64,000 nucleotides of DNA from Chloroflexota bacterium (GCA_036679085.1 JAZIGM010000048.1:12002-76001), one strand, 5' to 3'; shown: positions 45,008 through 53,843, counted from the stretch's first letter. The notes: generated by a model from the sequence alone, not told the origin. Numbers and translations: made by a program.

Positions 45008-45832
45008 TCACTCGCCGGGGCGTGAAAGCGCACGCAGCGTGCCGCCGTGCCCCGGCAGCAGCAGCGGTGAGAGCAGCCACAGCAGCCAGCCGCCGCGCAC
45101 ATGCCGGTAGGCACGCAGCAGTATCTCCACGTAGCGGCGGCGTCGCAGCCCGAGCAAGCTCCGCACACGGGCAGGCACGAGGCTGGCCTGCAGGTCGCGG
45201 AGCAAGGCCATCCGTACCGGGCCGAGCGCTTCCTCATACTTGCCATATAGCCGGTCGGTGAGGTCGGAGTGCGCGAGGTGATGGCGCAGGTGTTGCTCGC
45301 GCGCGCTATGATACGCCGCGTAGCTCGGCGGCACGCCCCGGATGCCAAGCTGCTCGCCGATCAGCCGCGACGCCTCAAACGAGCACCGCCGCTCTGCATC
45401 CGTCATCGGCTTGAACACGATGCGGTGCGCACGCTCTCCGTAGTCGATTAGCATGAACAGTGTGTCGCGGTACGCCCACTGCGGAATGCGCCGCTCACGC
45501 TGCTCCTCGACATGGCGATGCGCCGCGTTGACCGCCCGCACCGCCGCCGCAGCGGTCTGCGGGTCGCCAAACACCATCGCCTGTGCGAAGCGCACCGTCT
45601 CGAAGAAGCGCTCGACCGGCGCGCCCGGCAGCGCCCCGGTGTAGAACAGCCAGTCCACTGCCTTGTTGAGCGCAAACTCCGCCGCCGACCCCGCGAAGAT
45701 CAGCAGAATGGTGTCCAGCGTGCCCCAAATGCGCCGCGCCACGGCGGGCGCCGCCTGCTCCCCGATTGTCAATGCCGCCCCCTCTCGTCGTCGGCCTGTG
45801 TGTGGAGTCTGACATACCGGGCGAGGCAGCAC
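45008..45832 (-). CDS. DUF2236 / MpaB-like oxygenase family protein; start uncertain
   Basis: 274-aa ORF. The region ..ILLIFAGSAAEFALNKAVDWLF.. and its length resemble MpaB/DUF2236 proteins. An internal TTG start is possible. Confidence 0.55.
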   Translation of the reverse strand: MLPRPVCQTPHTGRRREGAALTIGEQAAPAVARRIWGTLDTILLIFAGSAAEFALNKAVDWLFYTGALPGAPVERFFETVRFAQAMVFGDPQTAAAAVRAVNAAHRHVEEQRERRIPQWAYRDTLFMLIDYGERAHRIVFKPMTDAERRCSFEASRLIGEQLGIRGVPPSYAAYHSAREQHLRHHLAHSDLTDRLYGKYEEALGPVRMALLRDLQASLVPARVRSLLGLRRRRYVEILLRAYRHVRGGWLLWLLSPLLLPGHGGTLRALSRPGE

Positions 45833-45863
45833 AACCCCACCCTCCCCCAGATCATCGTCGGTA

Positions 45864-45990
45864 GGGGCGGCTCTCAGAGCCGCCCCCGCACCGCAGAGAG
45901 AGGATGATGGATTATCGACGGGGAGCCGCGAAGTTCATTCGCGGCGGATTCTATAACCACCCCTCGGCGGGAGCCGCGACGTTTAGCCGC
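45864..45990. repeat. Cluster of hairpins: ggggcggctc tca gagccgcccc (45864-45886), gccgcgaagttcattcgcggc (45925-45945) and a degenerate gccgcgacgtttagccgc (45973-45990)
   Basis: Read directly in the DUF2236/SAM-hydrolase divergent intergenic region. Confidence 0.75.
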
Positions 45991-46064
45991 TGCTGTTTTT
46001 ACCTCCCCCCGTCCCCCACCCCGCATCCTTGCGGGGCGATCACGTCTCAAGTACAATGCGCAGC

Positions 46065-46937
46065 ATGACAGGAACCACTCCGATCATCACACTGCTCACC
46101 GACTTCGGCCAGAGGGGCAGCTACGTGGGCGCGATGAAGGGCGTGATCTTGAGCATCACGCCGTCTGCCCAGCTTGTCGACATCAGCCACGAGGTCAACC
46201 CTCAGGATATCCAGCAGGCCAGCCTGATTCTGTCGAACGTGTACCCGTACTTCCCTGCCCACACGGTGCATCTGGTCGTCGTTGACCCCGGAGTGGGTTC
46301 GCGGCGCAAGCCCATCGCCGTCGAGACACCGCGCGGGCGTTTCGTCGCGCCGGATAACGGCGTGCTGACGCGCGTCCTGCTGCAGGAACCGGAGTGGAGG
46401 GCGGTCGCGCTCGACAACCCGGACTACTGGCGAGCCGCCCCGAGCCACACCTTTCACGGGCGGGACATCTTCAGCCCGGTTGCCGCTCATCTCGCCAGCG
46501 GCGTGCCGCTTGCGCAGCTCGGCAGTCCGGTCGACGACCTCGTCCGCTTCCCCCTGCCGCCGCTGGAGCTGACCTCCCGGTCGGTGCGGGGGCGCGTCGT
46601 GCGAGTCGATCACTTCGGCAACGTGCAGACGGATATCATGCGGCTGCGCTGGCGCGATGAGGACACCGTTGAGCTGGACCCGCTCGACCCGGCATTGAAG
46701 GATCGGGCGCCGGTCCTGTTCAGCGCACAGAACGCGTGTGTGTCGTTCGGCTGGCACGAGCTGGAAGGGTTGTACCACACTTACAGCGAAGTGCCCGTCG
46801 GCTCACCGCTGGCGCTGATCAGCAGCAGCGGCGAGCTGGAAATTTCCGTCAACCAGGGCAGCGCGCAGGACAAGCTTGGCATCAAAGTCGGCGACCCCGT
46901 CACGCTGTTCTTTGAGCGGCGGAACCGCCGGAGGTAG
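46065..46937 (+). CDS. SAM hydroxide adenosyltransferase (DUF62 / SAM hydrolase, chlorinase-fluorinase superfamily)
   Basis: IITLLTDFG..YVGAMKGV..VVVDPGVGS..APDNG motifs. ATG 46065 is preferred; ATG 46056 is possible. Confidence 0.8.
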   Translation: MTGTTPIITLLTDFGQRGSYVGAMKGVILSITPSAQLVDISHEVNPQDIQQASLILSNVYPYFPAHTVHLVVVDPGVGSRRKPIAVETPRGRFVAPDNGVLTRVLLQEPEWRAVALDNPDYWRAAPSHTFHGRDIFSPVAAHLASGVPLAQLGSPVDDLVRFPLPPLELTSRSVRGRVVRVDHFGNVQTDIMRLRWRDEDTVELDPLDPALKDRAPVLFSAQNACVSFGWHELEGLYHTYSEVPVGSPLALISSSGELEISVNQGSAQDKLGIKVGDPVTLFFERRNRRR

Positions 46938-47038
46938 TCTGCACGCAGCCCATATCCGAGTACACTTGTCCTACCAACCCGAACAAGGAACCGCCAACAA
47001 TCACCATCTGAACCGGCACAAGGAAAAAGGGATAAGCT

Positions 47039-48329
47039 ATGGATCGCTTCATTATACAGGGCGGCGTCCCGCTCAACGGCACGATTACCGCGAGCGGCAA
47101 CAAGAACGCCGCACTCAAGCTCCTCCCCGCCTGCCTTCTGACCGACGAACCCGTCACGCTGCACAACGTCCCCGACATTGCCGACGTCCGCACCATGATC
47201 CGGCTCGTCCAGAGCCTGGGTGCCGAGGTCGTCAACGAGGGCGGCGGCACGCTGCGCGTCCATGCCAAAAACATCGACAGCAGCATAATCGACCGGGAGC
47301 TTGCCACGCAGATCCGCGCAAGCATTGTGCTGGCCGGGCCGCTGCTGGCCCGCGTCGGCTACCTGGAGCTTCCCCCGCCCGGCGGCGACGTGATCGGGCG
47401 GCGGCGCGTGGACACCCACGTGCTCGCGATGAAGCAACTCGGCGCGAGCTGTGAGTTCAACTCGCACTTCATCTTCAAGACCGACGGCCTGCGCGGGACC
47501 GACATCCTGCTTGACGAGGCGAGCGTCACCGCAACCGAGAACACCATCATGGCCGCGGTGCTGGCGAAGGGCACGACCATCATCCGCAATGCCGCCTGCG
47601 AGCCGCACGTGCAGGACCTGTGCCACTTTCTCAACACGCTCGGCGCGCAGATCGAGGGCATCGGCTCGAACGTGCTGACCATCCACGGCGTGGACCGGCT
47701 GCACGGCGGTGAGTTCCGCATTGGCGCGGACTACATCGAGGTTGGCAGCTTCATCGGCGCGGCAGCCGTCACGCGGGGCCGTGTGCGCATCCAGAATGCC
47801 GACCCGCATCACCTGCACATGATCCACATGGTCTTTAACCGCCTCGGCGTCCACTGGGAGACAGACGGCAACGACGTGATCGTGCCCGAATACCAGCCGC
47901 TGAAGATCGTGCCCGACATCGGCGACCAGATCCCGGAGATCAAGGCGCAGCCCTGGCCCGCCTTCCCCAGCGACCTGCTCAGCATTGCGCTCGTTGTCGC
48001 TAACACAGGCCGAGGGCACGGTGCTGTTCCACGAGTGGATGTACGAGAACCGCTTCTTCTTCGTGGACAAGCTGATCTACATGGGTGCGCGCGCGGTGCT
48101 GTGCGACCCGCACCGCTGCATCATCCAGGGACGGAGCCGGCTCCACGGCGAGAGGGACCGTATCACCAGCCCGGACATCCGCGCGGGCATGTCGCTGCTG
48201 CTCGCGGCACTGTGCGCGGAGGGCACGACCATCATCCGCAACGTGGCGCAGATCGACCGCGGCTACGAGAACGTCGAGGGCAAGCTGCGCGCGCTGGGCG
48301 CCAAGATCGAGCGCAGCTCTGACGACTAG
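47039..48329 (+). pseudogene. murA: UDP-N-acetylglucosamine 1-carboxyvinyltransferase MurA, interrupted by a +1 frameshift near 47999-48006
   Basis: The first frame is a good MurA up to ..[15 protein letters not shown] and then becomes junk. A second frame (track ORF 47985-48329) continues [40 protein letters not shown]. Confidence 0.85.
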
Positions 48330-48347
48330 GCGCGACGCACACACAAC

Positions 48348-48378
48348 AAAGGGCGCACCCCGGTAGTGCGCCCTTTTT
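48348..48378. terminator. Intrinsic terminator after murA, probably bidirectional
   Basis: aaagggcgcac cccggta gtgcgcccttttt is a 9-11-bp stem plus T-run. The reverse strand is followed by ttgttgtgtgtg. Confidence 0.7.
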
Positions 48379-48403
48379 CATAGCAAACCCTGCCGAACGG
48401 GGG

Positions 48404-49636
48404 TCAGCCTTCCTCCTCGCTCCCCTCAGCCGCCTCGTCGCCCTCTGTCACGGCGATCACCTCGGCTTCGCTCGAGTCAGGCTCGCTGCCGTTCTCAACA
48501 GGCAGGCCCGGCCCATCCGACACCTCAAGCCCGCCGACCGACTCAGCGAGCACGCTGGCCTCAAGCTCCGCGAGGTGCTCCACCGCCTCCTCGAAGGTCG
48601 GCGAAACCGGCTCGACCGGCATCTCCTCCTGCGGCGGCTCATATTGCTGGCGGGCGATGTCCGCTAACTCGACAAGCTGCGCGTCGGTGAAGTCCTGGCC
48701 GTTATACTCGGCGGCGAGCGCCGGGTTGGCATGCGGATCCATCGTGTAGCGCCAGCGGTTCGGGCGCACCTGCCGCAGCACCGAGCGGCACGTATCGCAG
48801 CGCACGGTGCGCTTCACGACGAGCACACCGAATACACGCTGCACGCGTTCGTCAAGCTGGAGCGCCCCTCTCTGGCAGACCGGGCACTCCTGAAGAACGA
48901 AGCCGTGCCGGTAGCGCATCAGCTCCCGCTTGCGCCGCCCGCGCCGCGCCAGGTAGATCGTCAGCACGAGGAGCAGGACGGCGGCAGCCACCGTTGCCCA
49001 GCCCAGCGTCTCGCGGGGCAAGTCCAGTGCGCGCAGCGGCCCGCCGCCCGGCGTGATGGGCGTGGGCGTGGTCGAAATATCCTGCCCGCCCGTGCCGGGC
49101 GCAGGCGCGACGGCAGCGACTTCGGTGACTGTGGGAGTGGCAGTGGCCGTAGGCTCCTCAGTCTCGGTTGGCTCCGGAGTTGGCGACGGCCTGTCCGTCG
49201 GGGTGGCGGTTGGCTCGGGAGTGTCGGTCGGCTCGGGCGTCTCAGTCGGCGTGGGAGAGGGCGTCACCGGCTGCGCCGTGGGCGGCGGGGCAACGGGAAG
49301 CTGTGCCTCAGGGTCCACCGCAACGTAGTCGGCGGAGACCCAGCCCTGTCTGCCGTTATAGTCGATGAGCAGCCACCGCCCATCCGGGCTGACACCGAGG
49401 ATGCGCACCGGCTCACCCTCGTCCAGCCCGCCGATGGGCCGCCAGTCGGTGGATGCGCCCGCCCGCACGATCAGCCGCTCCGCCTCGACGACCTGCCCGT
49501 TCGCCCCATCAGGCGTGGGCGTGACAGCCTCGTCAGGCGGGGCGTCCTGCTCGGCGGGCGCGGCCAGCACGCCGGGCACTGCCACTAGCAGCGCCAGCGC
49601 CGCGAGCCATGCTCCCCATAGTGCCCGTCTGCTCAT
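48404..49636 (-). CDS. Hypothetical single-pass membrane protein: signal peptide, SH3b-like domain, PT-rich linker, TM helix, cytoplasmic CxxC..CxxC Zn ribbon, acidic tail
   Basis: 410 aa. RAGASTDWRPIG..GWVSADYV is SH3b-like. Also LLLVLTIYLARRGRRKR, CPVCQRG..CDTCRS and a C-terminal E/D-rich tail. Confidence 0.6.
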   Translation of the reverse strand: MSRRALWGAWLAALALLVAVPGVLAAPAEQDAPPDEAVTPTPDGANGQVVEAERLIVRAGASTDWRPIGGLDEGEPVRILGVSPDGRWLLIDYNGRQGWVSADYVAVDPEAQLPVAPPPTAQPVTPSPTPTETPEPTDTPEPTATPTDRPSPTPEPTETEEPTATATPTVTEVAAVAPAPGTGGQDISTTPTPITPGGGPLRALDLPRETLGWATVAAAVLLLVLTIYLARRGRRKRELMRYRHGFVLQECPVCQRGALQLDERVQRVFGVLVVKRTVRCDTCRSVLRQVRPNRWRYTMDPHANPALAAEYNGQDFTDAQLVELADIARQQYEPPQEEMPVEPVSPTFEEAVEHLAELEASVLAESVGGLEVSDGPGLPVENGSEPDSSEAEVIAVTEGDEAAEGSEEEG

Positions 49637-49667
49637 ATCACTTCACCAACCGGGCGCATGCCCCTTT

Positions 49668-51041
49668 TCAATCTTGCGATGGTTCGGAAACGACCGCCCG
49701 CTCGGCGGGCGATGACTCCTCTGCTGGCGGGATAATCGCCTTGATCACCCGGTCGATAAGCGCCCAGAGCACGTTCTGGTTGAAGCCAACAACAATCGCC
49801 AGGAAGTACAACCCGAACTGTTCGCTGGGGTCGCCCAGCGAGACCGGGCTCGTGCCAAGTATGAGCGCCGAAGCGCGTAACAGAAAATAGGTAATCGCTC
49901 CCAGCGCGACGCCCATAAACGGGTTCAGGATATACCACGGCGTATGGATCGGGTCAAAGTCCCGCTCTTTGACAATGTGCTTGATCAGCACCCACAGCGC
50001 GCCGACGACGCCTCCCAGCCCGCCGTAGAGCGCCGGGAGGAAGGTCGCCGCCATCCACTGGGGCACGAGCTGCGTCGCAGCCTCGAATACGCGGCTGGAC
50101 ATGAGCGTCGCGCCCGCCAGCACCATCAGCCAGGTGATCAGGTAGATCGCCAACCACGTACCGCGCGTCCGCGACCACTGGCGCACCTTCTCCTCCAGGC
50201 GCAGCCGCGCCTTCACACTCTTGACAAGCTGCTCGGCGTTGTCGAAGTGCGCCTCTCCGGCCAGCAGTAGTTCACGCGCACGCTTAAGGTCGGCAATCGC
50301 GGCTTCCGTCGTCCGGTAATAGCCGCGCACGTCCATAATAACGACGTTGTACGTGTCGTTAATCTCTTCCCACAGCGCGTCGATGCGCTCCTGCGTGATG
50401 AGCAGCCGCTCCAGCTCCGGGTCGGGCTCAAGCTCCTCCGGCCCGGAAACCGTCGTCCCCGCCGCCGTGTCGCGCTCGAACGGGTCGTGGGGCCGGGTGA
50501 GTACCGCAACCCCGTGTGCCATCACCGGGGACGCACTGGCGGGCGTGCCGCCATCAAAGGGGATCTTATCGCCCAGCGCAAAGGGGATAGCATCCGTACT
50601 GTCAAAGGGGCGCTCGCCCGGAGGCGCACTATCCTCCTCGGCTGTCCGTTCATCTGCCGCTTGATCCGCCGGGGGCGCGGGGTACGGCTCGCCGCTCAGC
50701 GTGTGCGGCAGATCACTTTCCTCGCCGGGGCTACGCGGCAGCGCCGTTTCGTTCGCGTCCACCGGCGACCCGGTATCGGCATACGCCTGCGGAGGCTCGG
50801 GCGTGGACTCGTAGCCGCCTGCCGGGAAGGGCTCGCCGGATAGCGTGCGCGGGAGGCCCGGATCGCCAGCCGGGTCGGGGTGGAGCGCCGTTTCATCCGC
50901 ATTGGGCGTCCCCATGAGAGCCAGTTCTTCCGGGCTGAGGTCGCGCGGCGGGTTGACCTTCCTCGGCTCGACACGGACGCGCGTCAGGTCTTCCGCCTCG
51001 ACCTCGAATTCCTGTCCGGGTCTGGGTTCATCATGCGGCAT
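49668..51041 (-). CDS. Hypothetical membrane protein: disordered N-terminus with an internal repeat, coiled-coil region, C-terminal multi-TM domain
   Basis: Start set to Met14 of the track ORF by codon arithmetic. Internal repeat ETALHPDPAGDPGLPRTLSGEPFPAGG / ETALPRSPGEESDLPHTLSGEPYPAPP. Confidence 0.5.
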   Translation of the reverse strand: MPHDEPRPGQEFEVEAEDLTRVRVEPRKVNPPRDLSPEELALMGTPNADETALHPDPAGDPGLPRTLSGEPFPAGGYESTPEPPQAYADTGSPVDANETALPRSPGEESDLPHTLSGEPYPAPPADQAADERTAEEDSAPPGERPFDSTDAIPFALGDKIPFDGGTPASASPVMAHGVAVLTRPHDPFERDTAAGTTVSGPEELEPDPELERLLITQERIDALWEEINDTYNVVIMDVRGYYRTTEAAIADLKRARELLLAGEAHFDNAEQLVKSVKARLRLEEKVRQWSRTRGTWLAIYLITWLMVLAGATLMSSRVFEAATQLVPQWMAATFLPALYGGLGGVVGALWVLIKHIVKERDFDPIHTPWYILNPFMGVALGAITYFLLRASALILGTSPVSLGDPSEQFGLYFLAIVVGFNQNVLWALIDRVIKAIIPPAEESSPAERAVVSEPSQD

Positions 51042-51209
51042 GTGCTGTCCCTCTGATGGCTCCGTCCCACCGTGGCACAAGCTGGTTACAAACGGTTGTC
51101 CGCATTATAGCACAGCTTCTGATCGCTCAATAGCAGGGGCGTGCGGGCTGAGGGTCACGGCACTTGCGCCGAACCCCGCCACCTCCCCCTTGGCGGTTCC
51201 CCCCCTATC

Positions 51210-51238
51210 TTGACGATCCCCCCTCGTCCGGCTATTAT
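51210..51238 (+). promoter_or_regulatory. Promoter: TTGACG, 17-nt spacer, TATTAT, ending 8 nt before the DinB-like ATG (candidate leaderless mRNA)
   Basis: ..ctatcTTGACGatcccccctcgtccggcTATTATtcagtgcgATG.. No Shine-Dalgarno sequence. Confidence 0.45.
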
Positions 51239-51246
51239 TCAGTGCG

Positions 51247-51729
51247 ATGAGCACCAGAGAGGACGTCTTACGAGAATTACGGGAGGCCCGCGCCGCGCTG
51301 CTCAGCGCCATCGACGGGCTGTCCCCCGACCAGATGCGCCGGCCCGGAGTGGTCGGCGTCTGGTCCGTTAAAGACGTTCTCGCGCACATCACCGCCTGGG
51401 AGTCTGAGCTGATCGCCGCGCTGAACGACTTGAAGACACAGCGCGCGCCGCGCATCGTCGAAATCGAGGATATCGACGAGTGGAACGAGGAGCAGTACCA
51501 CGCAACGGCGCGACGCCCGCTTGAAGACGTTCTTGCCGACTTTGAGGCCGTTCACCGGGCGCTGCTCGCCGTCGTCGAGGGCCTCGACAACCGGCAGTTG
51601 GGCGATAATCGCGTCTATCCCTGGATGGAAGGCGAACCGCTGGCCTATCTCATCGCCGAGAACGCCACCCTGCACGAGCAGGAGCACGCCGACGACATCC
51701 GCGCGTGGCGCGAGCAGGAAGGGTTGTGA
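51247..51729 (+). CDS. DinB/ClbS-like four-helix-bundle protein
   Basis: 160 aa. ..WSVKDVLAHITAWE.. and ..HEQEHADDIRAW.. are His-containing helices typical of the DinB_2-like fold. Confidence 0.65.
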   Translation: MSTREDVLRELREARAALLSAIDGLSPDQMRRPGVVGVWSVKDVLAHITAWESELIAALNDLKTQRAPRIVEIEDIDEWNEEQYHATARRPLEDVLADFEAVHRALLAVVEGLDNRQLGDNRVYPWMEGEPLAYLIAENATLHEQEHADDIRAWREQEGL

Positions 51730-51790
51730 CGCCGCGTGTGGTTTCAGCACCCCATCATCACACCGCCTTAATACGCACTTGGGAGAGGCA

Positions 51791-52225
51791 ATGAGCCGAG
51801 TTATCAACCCGGACAGTCCGGGAAAGCTGCGCAGGCAGCTCATGCGAACGTCAGCCGAGATCATCCGGCGCTTGAGCCTGAAACACAAGGTGGACGACGA
51901 GGCCCGCGACATGGCCGCCCTGCTCGTCTATTGCTTCCGCGAGATTGACGCCGGTATCGATGAGTCGGTGCGCGCCTGGGAGAAGCGAGATTACTGGGTC
52001 AAGGCCGAGCAGTTCCGGCTGCGCTGGGCGTGGGTCGGGAAGGCCGCCGACGACCTGCACCAGATCATCATGACCGATGAGTGGGACCGGCTGCCGCCGA
52101 CGCTCATCAAGCTGCTCCCCGAATTCCGGGACATCAAGATCTCCAAGTTCACCCGCAAGCCCACGCTCTGGCAGGGCTCTTACAAGCGCCTGATGCGCGA
52201 GAATTCGAATCACCGGGAAGCCTGA
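51791..52225 (+). CDS. Hypothetical protein (144 aa)
   Basis: Start at Met91 of the track ORF, preceded by GGGAGAGG. The upstream part of the track ORF overlaps the DinB-like gene out of frame. Confidence 0.5.
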   Translation: MSRVINPDSPGKLRRQLMRTSAEIIRRLSLKHKVDDEARDMAALLVYCFREIDAGIDESVRAWEKRDYWVKAEQFRLRWAWVGKAADDLHQIIMTDEWDRLPPTLIKLLPEFRDIKISKFTRKPTLWQGSYKRLMRENSNHREA

Positions 52226-52232
52226 CCTCATT

Positions 52233-53099
52233 ATGAAACGCTCTCTGCTCGTGCCTGCGCTGTTCCTGATCTCACTTCTGCTCGCTGCCTGCGGCGGCTT
52301 TGCCGGATCGCCGCCGACCTTCGCCCCTGCTACCGAACCCGCCGCCAGTGCGGGCGAGACGTCCGCGCCGACCGAAGCCCCCGAAGCGGCTGGCCCCGAG
52401 GCGCAGGCCGCCGCCCCGACCACGCCCCCGCCAACCGCCACGCCTGAAGAGCCCTTCCCCGGCGAAGGCCCCTGGGAGGTGACCTTTGATACGGCGGACG
52501 GCGTGACGCTCGCCGGGGTGGTCAGCGGGGAGGGGCCGGGCGCGTTCGTACTCGTGCCGATGTACCCCGGCGGCCCGGAGGGCTGGGCGCCATTCGCGCA
52601 GCAGGCCGTTGAGCAGGGCTTCCGCGTGCTGACGTTCGACCTGCGCGGGCGCGGCGCATCGGGCGGTGAGGCAGACATGACATCGGCGCTGGTGGACGTT
52701 CAGGCAGCGGTCGCCTTCCTTGCCGGGCATGAGGCCGACCCCATCGTGCTGGTCGGTGCGGGGCAGAGTACCATCCCGGCGATCCAGGCCGCCGCACAGG
52801 ATGCCGGGAACGGCGTGATCGACGGCCTCGCGCTGCTCTCCCCGCTGCCCGAGGATGGCGTGCTGCAACTCGGTGAATCGGACCTGCAGGCACTGACACT
52901 GCCGACGCTGTGGCTCGGCGCGCGGACGGACATGACGCAGCAGGCCGAGTCAATGTTCGAGCAGGCCGGCGGCGACAATAAGGAACTGTGGATTTACGAG
53001 GGGACCAGCCTGCGCGGAACCTACCTGCTTGAAGGCGCGGACGGCCCGGACGTGACGCGCCGCCTGCTGGAGTTTGCGGCCCGCGTCTCGGAGGGCTGA
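52233..53099 (+). CDS. Lipoprotein with alpha/beta-hydrolase-like domain
   Basis: 288 aa. LLLAACGG lipobox, an A/P/E/T-rich linker, then a hydrolase-like pattern (VLVPMYPGG..LTFDLRGRG..LVGAGQS). Confidence 0.55.
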   Translation: MKRSLLVPALFLISLLLAACGGFAGSPPTFAPATEPAASAGETSAPTEAPEAAGPEAQAAAPTTPPPTATPEEPFPGEGPWEVTFDTADGVTLAGVVSGEGPGAFVLVPMYPGGPEGWAPFAQQAVEQGFRVLTFDLRGRGASGGEADMTSALVDVQAAVAFLAGHEADPIVLVGAGQSTIPAIQAAAQDAGNGVIDGLALLSPLPEDGVLQLGESDLQALTLPTLWLGARTDMTQQAESMFEQAGGDNKELWIYEGTSLRGTYLLEGADGPDVTRRLLEFAARVSEG

Positions 53100-53135
53100 C
53101 CCGCCCTGATCGGCTAGCTGCAGAGAGGAGCACAC

Positions 53136-53765
53136 ATGCCAGCCATCGATCCCCGAATCGTAGAGTTTCTCACGCTGCTGGCTCAGGGGCTCCTCGTTAT
53201 TGCGCTGCCGATCCTCATTGCGGCGGGCGTGCAAGCCATCCGTGTGCAGGCGCGCCGGCTTGGTCAGGAGCGGATCGATACGATCCTTGCCGCCGTGCGC
53301 ATGGCGGTCGCTGTCGCTGAGCGTGCCGGGCTGGTCGACAAGCTGACCGGCCCGGAGAAGCGCGCCGAGGCGCTGCGCATTGCTGACTCCTTCCTGCAGA
53401 AGCGGGGCATCCGGCTCGACCTCGAAGAGCTGGTCAACCTCATCGAAGCGGAGGTCATGCTCCAGTTCCGCAACCCGCAGCCGCCAGAGGACACCGTCGA
53501 GAACCGGCAGGCGCTTATCCAGAAGGCGATTGAAACTGCCGTCCTCGCCGCCGAGCAGGCCGGGCTGGCCGGGCTGATTGAGAACATCGGCCAGCGAAAG
53601 AAGGCACATGCCATGTCGGTCGTCGCCCAATACCTCGACGATGCAGGGGTGTCCATCCCCGCTGAACTGGCCAGCAACCTGATCGAGGCCCAACTGCTGC
53701 GCTTCAAGCTGGCCGCAAGTGGCCGCCTGCCCGCCACCCACGATCCCACCCGCCCATCTCGCTGA
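53136..53765 (+). CDS. Membrane-anchored protein with a duplicated LL-H-holin-family-like domain
   Basis: 209 aa with an N-terminal TM helix. Two repeats of the pattern A..AERAG...G.EK...A......L...GI.....L..LIEA.V, recalled from the LL-H-family phage holin annotation. Confidence 0.5.
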   Translation: MPAIDPRIVEFLTLLAQGLLVIALPILIAAGVQAIRVQARRLGQERIDTILAAVRMAVAVAERAGLVDKLTGPEKRAEALRIADSFLQKRGIRLDLEELVNLIEAEVMLQFRNPQPPEDTVENRQALIQKAIETAVLAAEQAGLAGLIENIGQRKKAHAMSVVAQYLDDAGVSIPAELASNLIEAQLLRFKLAASGRLPATHDPTRPSR

Positions 53766-53834
53766 TGTTATGCCGCTCTTGATTTTCAATTTAGTTTTTA
53801 TTTAGACTCGTAACCGCATTCTCATGTCGAGCCA

Positions 53835-53843
53835 TGATACAAT
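53835..53843 (+). promoter_or_regulatory. Extended -10 element TGATACAAT in the most AT-rich intergenic stretch of the window
   Basis: ..gccaTGaTACAATgataaatg.. lies 36 nt before ATG 53879, which is preceded by GGAGAG. Confidence 0.45.

Noticed and set aside
44917-45348. N-terminal 144 codons of the 626-aa track ORF for S1
   Set aside because: This part is Cys/Arg/Ala-rich and overlaps the DUF2236 gene. The internal ATG at 44916 has an AGGAG RBS and a TATAAT box upstream, so the gene was trimmed.
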